The notes under the pieces: generated by a model
Seen by the model: the letters and a program-made list of their open reading frames with translations, nothing else
Database searches by the model: none
Told to the model about the DNA's origin: nothing
Origin: Candidatus Latescibacterota bacterium
GTDB lineage: Bacteria > Latescibacterota > UBA2968 > UBA8231
Direction of reading: 5' to 3'
Length of the DNA: 64,000 nt
Assembly: GCA_965243025.1 (NCBI GenBank)
Contig: CBDETY010000003.1
Span: 5,760,001 to 5,824,000, forward strand
Program-made: the position numbers and the translations under genes
In this document: positions 51,501-58,136 of the stretch, one piece after another
Layout of the letters: the number at the start of each line of letters is the position of its first letter
Numbering within the stretch: position 1 is the first letter of the stretch

Positions 51501-52268
51501 CTCACCATGGGGCTGCTGGCGTTGGGTATGCGCAAGCCACTGACGGCTGCGCAGACTCGGCTGACGCTGTTGGGAGATGCTGCACAGGAGTGGCTTTCCG
51601 CCAACGGCGCGGGTTCGCTTGCCTATAGCCCGGTGTCGTCGGTGCAGCGCGCGCGCATGGGTGTCGAGGTGGCGCGCCGCATGGGCGGCCTGGAACCGTT
51701 CGGCGAGGTGAGCGGCCGTTACGACGGCGGCGACGGGGACGCGGGATCGGGCGTCGAGGTGGCGGCCGGTTCGCGCTACCGCAGCGCCCGCCTCGACCTG
51801 GAGGCGCGGGGCCGCATGCTCGCCATGCACTCGGCCTCGGGCTACAAGGAGACCGGCTTCGGGGCGCGCATCCGGGTGCGGTCGCACGCCGACGGCACCG
51901 GCATGTCGATGTCGCTGTCCCCGCGCTGGGGCCGGGCGGAAGGAAACGGCACCTTGTGGAGAGACCAGGCCCTGCAGCTGAGGAGCGGGGGAGCAGTCGC
52001 TTCCGGACTTCGAGCTCCGGCGCTTGGGGGGGAAATCGGTTACGGTTTCGCCGCGGCGCAAGGTGTGCTGACTCCGACGCTGCAGATGCACCGCAGCGAC
52101 TATGGCAGCACGCGGTTGGGGCTGGCCCTGGGTTACACTCCCACGCCGGCCATGATGCGCGCCTTCGATATATACGGTGCGATGCTTGACCTCGGCATCG
52201 GTCGGGCCGAAAGCCGCGGCTCCGATCCGGAGCACGAAATCCGCATGAGGGGCCGGATGCGGTTGTAA
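45582..52268 (+). CDS. Giant surface adhesin: signal peptide, 17 putative-Ig (He_PIG-like) repeats, one cadherin/Big-like domain, C-terminal autotransporter-like beta-barrel
   Basis: Signal AAIVSLAALLCTSSSWA-Q; ~93-99-aa repeats LPxAxGGNG..Y...P.LP.GL.F..RTISGTP...ATDxDGD; C-terminal WSLWGAGD, SVYPYMR, GRYDGGDGDAGSGVEVAAG, RGRMRL. Confidence 0.88.
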   Translation: MLIDHRTNRVTTHPVRGGCAAIVSLAALLCTSSSWAQIGLSPSFGDGTVQNQVYIADAAIEPLVMPEASGGDGELGYHVLPELPEGLVFENVSRTLSGTPVTPQAETLYELFATDADGDAATVFFSIEVLEDLMPGFAEDVEDRIWAENQEIEPLVLPTAEGGNGELSYSLEGELPEGLEYDAATRTVSGTPAVSPPPTEFTWTASDVDGDSDEVRFYIFGSVAEDLVPDFAERVPDQVYVDGWPIEPLSLPDATGGTDELEYSLEGELPEGLEYDAVTRTISGTPVGARAPGEYTWTATDANGDAADLIFSLVVEEDVNPEFTGEVQNQTWIQNSEIAVLRFPGAEGGNAPYVYSVSPELPAGLSFWAGDQTISGTPTEVRERTVYVYRAVDADGDPVELTFSLEVIEDLMPSFAEGVGGQIWTEDSEVEPLVLPVGSGGNGDLTYELSPELAQGLVFDPETRTISGTPVVPKERTRHVYRVLDVDGDAAVLTFSVEVLKDLMPSFPEAVQNQTWIQDSEIAALDLPGAEGGNGAISYSITPELPAGLTFRLGDQTIMGTPTEVQERTLYVYRAVDADGDPVETTFSLAVLEDLMPSFSESVEAQTWTEDSPLVEPLQLPAAEGGNGALFYSLSPELPEEMSFDARTRLISGRPTDPLDETEYTLTATDGDGDPVDLVFSVTVLEDLMPSFPAVVGNQLWTQDSEIEPIQVPEAEGGNRELASMRYTLTPELPAGVTFDAESLTISGTPENPQDLTRYVIRARDADGDVAGFAFTVRVLEDLMPSFPETVEDQIWTQDSPIGTLALPVGEGGNGVDQVEGLLSYTLSPDLPDGLMFEGTRQRIRGTPAVPMDETTFTYTATDNDGDSVELTFSLTVLEDLMPSFPAEVRNQLWTQDSEIEPIQLPAAEGGNRELASMRYTLTPELPAGVTLDEGSLTISGTPENPQDLTRYVFRARDADGDVVGLAFSVKVLEDRMPNYDEGVEDQVWTQDSPVSLALPVGMDGNGVDGVEGLLSYTLSPDLPDGLMFEGTRQRIRGTPAVPMDETTFTYTATDDDGDSVELTFSLTVLEDLMPSFPSEVRNQLWTQDSEIEPIQLPEAEGGNRELASMRYTLTPELPAGVTLDEGSLTISGTPENPQDLTRYVFRARDADGDVVGLAFTVKVLEDLMPSFGESVEDHIWTQDSPIGTLELPVAEGGNGVDGVEGLLSYTLSPDLPDGLMFEGTRQRIRGTPAVPMDETMFTYTATDDDGDSVELTFSLTVLEDLMPSFPSEVRNQLWTQDSEIEPIQVPEAEGGNRELASIRYTLTPELPAGVTFDDESLTISGTPEDPQDLTRYVLRAIDADGDVVGLAFMVKVLEDRMPSFDESVEDQIWTQDSPIGTLELPVAKDGNGVDGVEGLLSYTLSPDLPEGLVFEGTRQRIRGTPAVPMDETTFTYTATDNDGDSVELTFSLTVLEDLMPSFSAEVRNQAWTQDSEIEPIELPQASGGNVELTGELTYTLTPELPAGVTLNGATISGTPTVDQELTRYVYRAIDADGDVAGVAFWVVVAEDLTPEFTEGVEDRDYLTDLAIAAWVLPEATSGNGLLVYTLTPDLPEGLSFDPPSRKITGTPTVAQDRREYTYTATDADGDTGSLTFGLTITLAKPTARNLLPDLQLLAGGNAASVNVDGLFTGQKLEYQFESNDTDVATVQSDGASAVVTPKHEGSAMVTVTATNPSGSVAIEFSVAVSTAPEERAVLDNVLAGLARARLSSLTGVIGRRFEAGAASSMSASQASRYEASRRDLWFDDLDASLGGSGGYGFGGPGDSHRKPTSRLWGRTFAVALGSGESGMGGEWAGAGSVQSMSESSFKVRWSLWGAGDQQSFSGGESNQYEGDLRSVYVGLDGEFGKPWLGGSRWLSGVSVASSSGEAEYDFTESDMSGSGTLTTSLTSVYPYMRGVLASGLELWSIAGAGSGEVTNERAHLDGTTDEGDLTMGLLALGMRKPLTAAQTRLTLLGDAAQEWLSANGAGSLAYSPVSSVQRARMGVEVARRMGGLEPFGEVSGRYDGGDGDAGSGVEVAAGSRYRSARLDLEARGRMLAMHSASGYKETGFGARIRVRSHADGTGMSMSLSPRWGRAEGNGTLWRDQALQLRSGGAVASGLRAPALGGEIGYGFAAAQGVLTPTLQMHRSDYGSTRLGLALGYTPTPAMMRAFDIYGAMLDLGIGRAESRGSDPEHEIRMRGRMRL
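47646..49958 (+). repeat. Four near-identical intragenic tandem repeats of a two-Ig-domain unit (579/576/579/579 bp)
   Basis: Equivalent ATGCCGAG unit starts at 47646, 48225, 48801, 49380, and 49959 (partial fifth). Confidence 0.92.
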
Positions 52269-52294
52269 GCTGACCGGGCCTCCCAGTGGAATCG

Positions 52295-52328
52295 AAACCC
52301 GCGCGGAAGTGATTCCGCGCGGGTTTTT
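52295..52328 (+). terminator. Intrinsic terminator after the adhesin gene
   Basis: AAACCCGCGCGGAA-GTGA-TTCCGCGCGGGTTT-TT, perfect 14-bp stem. Confidence 0.88.
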
Positions 52329-52516
52329 CGGTATGGTTTCCGTTTCAGGCGAAACGCCTTCAGCCTCCCCGGTTTGGATCAATCCAGGATCGTTGACGTG
52401 GCAGCCGGGTCGGTTCCGACATCATCCCGGGATGAGGGGGGATTCGCCCTGACGCCCCGGCCGGAAACACGGCTCGGACCGGTTGCCAGCCGGCGTTCCC
52501 AGCAAAGGAGATACCA

Positions 52517-52990
52517 TTGATCGACCGAGAGCACATCCCGTCCCGGCCCCCGGCCGCCGGAATGCTCGCCTGCTGCCTGATCGCTTTTCTCGCGGCCGGA
52601 GTCGAAGCCCGCAGCAGTCGGGTTTCCCAGATTCCAAACGGTGGCGAAAACCGCTGCGCGAACTGCCATGTCAACCCGGGAGGCGGGGGGACCCTGAGCC
52701 TCTTTGGCCAGGTGGTCGAGGAGAGCTTTCTCACCGAAGCCGGCAGCCGCGGTTCGGTCATCTGGGGCCCCGAGCTCGCCGGGCTCGACGCAGATGAAGA
52801 CGGCTTCACCAACGGCGAAGAGCTCGGAGACCCGGAGGGGACCTGGACCTTCGGCGACGATCCCCCCGGCCATCCGGAAGCGGTAACCAACCCCGCGGAC
52901 CCGGACAGCCACCCACCGGAACCGGAGGCAACCGCAGTCGCGTTGACGACGTGGGGCCGGGTCAAGGGCATCCTGCAACTGCTTCGGTAA
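52517..52990 (+). CDS. Secreted temptin-like protein with a CxxCH heme-c motif and C-terminal TTWGxxK motif
   Basis: SD AAGGAG, TTG start; signal peptide ending VEA; IPNG, CANCHVNPGGGG, DADEDGFTNGEELGDP..W, LTTWGRVK. Confidence 0.65.
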   Translation: MIDREHIPSRPPAAGMLACCLIAFLAAGVEARSSRVSQIPNGGENRCANCHVNPGGGGTLSLFGQVVEESFLTEAGSRGSVIWGPELAGLDADEDGFTNGEELGDPEGTWTFGDDPPGHPEAVTNPADPDSHPPEPEATAVALTTWGRVKGILQLLR

Positions 52991-53063
52991 GCGTCGTTCC
53001 AGAATCTGGTTGAACGCAGCCTGTCGAGGAGGAGGCTTCCCGGAAGGGAACGCTCCGAACTCC

Positions 53064-53132
53064 TTGACAGGGGGGATGGCGGCTGCGATTCTCCTGCCTT
53101 GTGAAGGGTTGCAACCCCTGTTAAACGCTTCC
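53064..53132 (+). promoter_or_regulatory. Candidate promoter plus operator for the Tm-1-like operon
   Basis: TTGACA-17 bp-GATTCT, followed by perfect palindrome GGGTTGCAACCC (53106-53117) and LacI/cre-like TGTTAAACGCTTCC. Confidence 0.4.
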
Positions 53133-53207
53133 TGAATCCTGTCGCCTGACCGGTCCCCGCTGAAAGGGGGGATTCCTTCTGCATTCAGGCCAACTGGAGA
53201 AATGCGG

Positions 53208-54440
53208 ATGAGCAAGACAATCCTGCTTATCGGAGCATTCGACACCAAGGGAACGGACTACGATTTCGTCCGCTCCGAGATCGCCGGCCGTGGGCACTCC
53301 GTACTGACGGTGAACTGCGGCGTGCTCGGGAGCACCGATCTGTTTCCCGTCGATGTCGAAGCCTCGGAAGTCGCCAGCGCCGGGGACGGCAGTCTCGGGG
53401 AACTGCGCGGCACCCGGGACCGCGGCGAGGCGATGAAAGTCATGACCGCCGGTGCCGGAGTCGTCGCCGCCCGGCTGCACGCGGAGGGCCGCTTCGACGG
53501 CGTCATCGGGTTGGGAGGGAGCGGCGGCAGCACGGTGGTCACTTCCGCCATGCGCGCCCTGCCTCTCGGTGTCCCGAAGCTCTGCGTCTCGACAGTGGCC
53601 TCGGGCGACACGTCGGCGTACGTCGGGCTCAAGGATGTCACCCTGATGCCGTCGGTCGTGGACGTCGCCGGGCTCAACCGCGTTTCGCGGATCATTTACG
53701 CGCGCGCCGCCGGAGCGATCTGCGGAATGGTCGAGGCTGAGCCGGAGACAGGAAAGGGGGGTGACAGACCGGTGATCGCCGCGTCGATGTTCGGCAACAC
53801 CACCGAATGTGTCGAGGCATGCGTAGAGGCCCTCTCCGCCCACGGCTACGAGGTCCTGGTCTTCCACGCCACGGGAACCGGCGGAAGAACGATGGAATCC
53901 CTTGTCGACGAGGGATTGGTCGACGCCGTGCTCGACATAACTACCACCGAATGGGCCGATACGGTTTGCGGAGGATTTTTCGACGCCGGTGAGGACCGCC
54001 TGTCTGCCCCGGGCCGCCTGGGAATTCCTCACCTGATCGTGCCCGGCTGTGTCGACATGGCCAACTTCCACGGGATCGAGACGGTGCCGAGCCATTACCG
54101 GGATTCCGGCCGGAACCTGTACGAGTGGAACCCCTCCGTGACCCTGCTGCGCACCAATGTCGAGGAAAACCGGCGCATGGGGGCCGCATTTGCGGAGAAG
54201 GCGAACCAGGCCGGGGGCCCGGTGGCCTTCCTTCTGCCGCTGAAAGGGGTGTCGATCCTCGACGGAGACGGGCAGCAGTTCTGCGATCGCGAAGCGGATT
54301 TCGCCATGTTCGAGGCGATCAGGTCCGGGCTGAGGGAGGACATCCCCGTTCACGAGCTCGATGCGAACATCAACGATCCCGAGTTCTCGGCACGCGCCGT
54401 AGAGCTGATGCTCGAGCTGATGGCGCAGAAGCGGGGTTGA
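53208..54440 (+). CDS. UPF0261 / Tm-1-like ATP-binding domain protein
   Basis: GAFDTKG, GLGGSGGS, LPLGVPKLCVSTVASG, SVVDVAGLN, SMFGNTT, VFHATGTGG, VPGCVDMANF, NINDPEF. Confidence 0.9.
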   Translation: MSKTILLIGAFDTKGTDYDFVRSEIAGRGHSVLTVNCGVLGSTDLFPVDVEASEVASAGDGSLGELRGTRDRGEAMKVMTAGAGVVAARLHAEGRFDGVIGLGGSGGSTVVTSAMRALPLGVPKLCVSTVASGDTSAYVGLKDVTLMPSVVDVAGLNRVSRIIYARAAGAICGMVEAEPETGKGGDRPVIAASMFGNTTECVEACVEALSAHGYEVLVFHATGTGGRTMESLVDEGLVDAVLDITTTEWADTVCGGFFDAGEDRLSAPGRLGIPHLIVPGCVDMANFHGIETVPSHYRDSGRNLYEWNPSVTLLRTNVEENRRMGAAFAEKANQAGGPVAFLLPLKGVSILDGDGQQFCDREADFAMFEAIRSGLREDIPVHELDANINDPEFSARAVELMLELMAQKRG

Positions 54441-54563
54441 TGAAGGCACCATGCACCAACGGCAGCAAGGGCGGGATTGCATCCTGCGCCGCTTGTCGGG
54501 AGGTGTACCCCTTCCGGGAGCCGGCAACCCACCCTTGAGAATCCGGAGGCCCGGAGGGAATCC

Positions 54564-54986
54564 ATGTCCAGGAAACTGACTTTCGTCCAGCCGGAAGATG
54601 TAGAGACCCAGGTTTTCGACTGGGGCAGGCTTTCGTGGCTGTCCGAGCCGAGCGTCACCGCCGCAGAGCGCTTCAGCGCCGGGGTCGTCAGACTCGAGCC
54701 CGGCAAGGGGCACGAACGCCACAACCATCCGTACAGCGAGGAGATTCTCTACGTGGTTCGCGGTACCGGTCTGCAGACGGTCGAGCTTCCCGAGGGGGAA
54801 TTGGAGGAGGAGATCGGCCCCGGAACCCTGGTCCATATCCCGACGGCGCTGTACCACTCGACGATCAACAGCGGCGAGGACACCCTGGAGATGATCGCCA
54901 TCTACGCCCCCTTCGGTCCGGAGGCGGAGCTGCGCCGCATGGATGGAGTGGAACTCGAACCCCCGCGACGACCGCGGCAGGAGTAG
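54564..54986 (+). CDS. Cupin-domain protein
   Basis: GHERHNHPYSEEILYVVRG ... IPTALYHSTIN metal-binding cupin motifs; SD GGAGG. Confidence 0.88.
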   Translation: MSRKLTFVQPEDVETQVFDWGRLSWLSEPSVTAAERFSAGVVRLEPGKGHERHNHPYSEEILYVVRGTGLQTVELPEGELEEEIGPGTLVHIPTALYHSTINSGEDTLEMIAIYAPFGPEAELRRMDGVELEPPRRPRQE

Positions 54987-54989
54987 ACC

Positions 54990-55817
54990 ATGGCTTTCAC
55001 GAGGGATGAAGTTCTGGGGCGCCTGCACAAGCTGATCGATCAGGGGACTCCGATCCTGGGAGCGGGAGCCGGAACCGGAATCAGCGCGAAGTTCGAAGAG
55101 GCGGGCGGCGTCGATCTGATCGTCATCTACAACTCCGGCCGTTTCCGCATGGCGGGCCGCGGCTCCCTCGCCGGCCTGATGCCGTACGGCGACGCCAACG
55201 CCATCGTCATGGAGATGGCGGGAGAGGTGCTGACGATCGTCGAGGACACCCCGGTGCTGGCAGGGGTCTGCGGCACGGATCCGTTTCGACGCATGGAGGT
55301 GTTCCTGAAACAGGTGGAAGAGGTCGGCTTCTCGGGGGTGCAGAACTTCCCGACGGTGGGGCTCTTCGACGGCATGATCCGCCAGAACCTCGAAGAGACC
55401 AACATGGGGTACGGCCTCGAGGTCGAGATGATCCGCCTCGCATCCGGGATGGGGATGCTGACCACGCCGTATGCCTTCAACCCCGGCGAAGGTGAGCGGA
55501 TGGCCGAAGCCGGCGCCGACATCGTCGTCGCCCACATGGGGCTGACGACGAGTGGTTCGATCGGGGCCGAGACCTCGCTGACCCTGGAAGAATCGGCGGG
55601 GCGGGTGCAGGCGATCTGCGATGCCGCGCGCCAAGTCAACCCCGAGGTCATTGTGCTCTGCCACGGCGGACCGATCGCCATGCCGGCCGACGCCGAGTAC
55701 GTGCTCCGCAACACCGACGGCGTCAACGGTTTCTACGGGGCTTCCAGCATGGAGCGGCTGCCCGTGGAAACCGCCATGGTCGAGCACATCCGCAAGTACA
55801 AGCAGATCGAATTCTGA
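54990..55817 (+). CDS. TIM-barrel signal-transduction / PEP-hydrolase-like family protein (Tm-1 C-terminal domain homolog)
   Basis: GAGAGTGISAKFEEAGGVDLIVIYNSGRFRMAGRGSLAG, GVQNFPTVG, VAHMGLT, LCHGGPI, GFYGASSMERLP. Confidence 0.9.
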   Translation: MAFTRDEVLGRLHKLIDQGTPILGAGAGTGISAKFEEAGGVDLIVIYNSGRFRMAGRGSLAGLMPYGDANAIVMEMAGEVLTIVEDTPVLAGVCGTDPFRRMEVFLKQVEEVGFSGVQNFPTVGLFDGMIRQNLEETNMGYGLEVEMIRLASGMGMLTTPYAFNPGEGERMAEAGADIVVAHMGLTTSGSIGAETSLTLEESAGRVQAICDAARQVNPEVIVLCHGGPIAMPADAEYVLRNTDGVNGFYGASSMERLPVETAMVEHIRKYKQIEF

Positions 55818-55847
55818 AACCGCCCGGTTCCGGACGCCGGGAAAGCG

Positions 55848-56372
55848 ATGCTGCCCCTCCGCAAGGTCGAGATACGCCGGCTCTTCGAGCGGGCGGCCCG
55901 CGACTACCCGCCCCGGTGCGAGATCGCCTTCCTGCTGCAGAACTTCGACGATCCCCGCAACGTCGGTTCGCTGTTCCGCGTCGCCGACGCGGTGGGGGCG
56001 AGCGAAATCATCTGCACGGGGAAAACCCCAACCCCCCCGCATGAGGAGATCGACCGCACCTCGAGAGGGCACGACCGCCGTGTGCCATGGCGCCGCATCC
56101 CGAGGATCGACGAGGCGACGAAGACCCTGAAAGCCGAGGGCAATCACCTCGTGGCTCTCGAGACGGCGCAGGGAACCTGTTGCTACCTCGACTATCCGTA
56201 CGCCGAGCGCACCTGCCTGGTCCTCGGCAACGAGGCGAAGGGGATTCTGCCGGCAACACTCCGGGACTGCGACGGCGCGGTTTTCGTCCCGATGTACGGC
56301 AAGGGGCCGTCGATGAACGTCCACGTCGCGGCCGCCATCGTCTCCTACCAGGCGCGGATCGGACGCCGCTGA
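55848..56372 (+). CDS. SpoU/TrmH-family RNA 2'-O-methyltransferase
   Basis: DPRNVGSLFR.AD, LVLGNEAKGI, VPMYG..SMNVHVAA. Confidence 0.9.
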   Translation: MLPLRKVEIRRLFERAARDYPPRCEIAFLLQNFDDPRNVGSLFRVADAVGASEIICTGKTPTPPHEEIDRTSRGHDRRVPWRRIPRIDEATKTLKAEGNHLVALETAQGTCCYLDYPYAERTCLVLGNEAKGILPATLRDCDGAVFVPMYGKGPSMNVHVAAAIVSYQARIGRR

Positions 56373-56493
56373 CTGGCCCCCCCGAAAGAGCGCGGGTGTG
56401 GCCGGTCAGTTACGGCAGCCCTGCGGAACCGGCCGGGTTCAAGCCGCGGCCCGATGCAGGAGCACTCATCTTTCCATGTCCTGCCGGGGCGAG

Positions 56494-58062
56494 TCAGCCG
56501 GCGTGCAGGCTTTCCAGGCGGCGGTAATCCTCGACCAGATCGTCGTAGACACCCCGGGCGGAAGGGTCGGGCTGCAGCGTTGAACCGGGGACGGGTCGTG
56601 TAAAGGGAGCGACGATTTCAGACCAGTTGCGCTCCGGCCCAGCCTGCCTGAAGTGCGCGTGCGCGGCGCGCAGCGCCGCTCCGAGAGCGGCGGAGTTGGT
56701 CGTCCGGTAGCGATGCACCGGGGCCCCGTGCACGTTGGCGAAGATGCGCAGGATTTCGGTGTTGGCCGATGCCCCCCCGGTCACCGAGAGCGAACGCACC
56801 GGGACCTGCATCCACTCGCAGTGAATCCGCGACGAGAGGGCCTGCGCCTCGATCACGGCTCTGACATTGCAGTCGGCATCTCCGGGATCCAGTCCCTTGC
56901 GGATGACACCGGGTTCGGCGACGCGAGGAACGATCTCGGGGTCGAAGTAGGGAAGCATCAGGGCGCCGCCGTTTCCCGCTTCGGTGCGCTGCAGGGCCGC
57001 GGTGAACGTCTCCCAGTCGAGGCCGTGCTCGTCCCTGACGGCCTCCCTGGCCAGGCTGCCGTTCATGAAGCAGACGAGGGCCATGTAGTTGAGTCCGTCT
57101 GGTGATGCGAAGACGGCCCCCTCTCCCGAAGCGGAAACCCGCGGTTCCCCCATGCATGCGAACAGCGTGTCAGAAGTGCCGAGACTCAGGGCCACCTGTC
57201 CCGGCTCGACCAGCCCCAGGCCGATCAGGCTGCTGGGGTTGTCCCCCGAGAAGGGCAGTACCTGGCATCCGGGAGCAAACCCGTAGCGGCCTGCGAATCG
57301 GGGGCTGATGGTGCCGGCAGGGGAATCGGATGCGGCGACCGGCAGGAGCTTTGCAGATAACCCGGGTGCGGTCGCCGCCATCGCTTGCGGGCTCCACCTG
57401 CGGGTGCGGATATCCATGAGGTTGGTGCCGCTGCCGTCTCCGGCGTCGACCCCGACCAGCCGGCCGGCAAGGAGGCTGGCGATGAACGAGCTGACCAGGC
57501 AGACCGCCGCGGTCGCCTCGTACCCTTCGGGGTCGGTCTGGAAGAACTTGCGGACCTGGGGGCCGCTGAAGCGCTCGAAAGCGGCGTTGCCGGTCAGCTC
57601 GAGGAGCTTGTTGCGGCCACCGACCCCGGCCTCGATCTCGCGGCACTGGGACGCGGTCGACGAGTCCATCCAGACCGGGGCGGTGGCGCGCGAGAAGATG
57701 CCTGAAAGCGCATCGGCGGGGGCTTCCCCGGGGCCGAACCGCGCCAGGGCGGAGGCGGCGGTGGCGTTGAGATAAACGGTGCCGTGCTGTTGGCCGCACC
57801 CGGAGATCGCCGCTATGGAAGCGAGATCGCACCTTTCCCGGAGCCTCTCGAGCAGCAGGTCGAGGGCTTCGACCCACATCAGGGGAGGGGCGTGCACTTC
57901 TCCCGGGCCGAGCTCGAGAACCCCGTTGCCGACACCGTAGCGGTCGCCGAAGCGCTCGTCGAAAAGGATGGACTCCTCGGCGACGATGGCTTCCGTCGAG
58001 AAGTCGACGACCAGTCCGGTCATCGACTGGGTGCTGGAATCGATGCCGAGGAATTTGCTCAT
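56494..58062 (-). CDS. Xylulokinase, eukaryote-like (XKS1/XYLB-type) FGGY kinase
   Basis: GIDSSTQ, PLMWVEALD, GQQHGTVY, WMDSST..QC, ERFSGPQ, LVSSF, GDNPSSL, SLGTSDT, NGSLARE, TGGASAN. Confidence 0.85.
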   Translation of the reverse strand: MSKFLGIDSSTQSMTGLVVDFSTEAIVAEESILFDERFGDRYGVGNGVLELGPGEVHAPPLMWVEALDLLLERLRERCDLASIAAISGCGQQHGTVYLNATAASALARFGPGEAPADALSGIFSRATAPVWMDSSTASQCREIEAGVGGRNKLLELTGNAAFERFSGPQVRKFFQTDPEGYEATAAVCLVSSFIASLLAGRLVGVDAGDGSGTNLMDIRTRRWSPQAMAATAPGLSAKLLPVAASDSPAGTISPRFAGRYGFAPGCQVLPFSGDNPSSLIGLGLVEPGQVALSLGTSDTLFACMGEPRVSASGEGAVFASPDGLNYMALVCFMNGSLAREAVRDEHGLDWETFTAALQRTEAGNGGALMLPYFDPEIVPRVAEPGVIRKGLDPGDADCNVRAVIEAQALSSRIHCEWMQVPVRSLSVTGGASANTEILRIFANVHGAPVHRYRTTNSAALGAALRAAHAHFRQAGPERNWSEIVAPFTRPVPGSTLQPDPSARGVYDDLVEDYRRLESLHAG

Positions 58063-58136
58063 GAAAATCGCCTTGGTTAGGTTGACTCGCCCCCGCGAAA
58101 CTTTCCTGCAGCGAATACTCGCACAGATCCGGAAGT

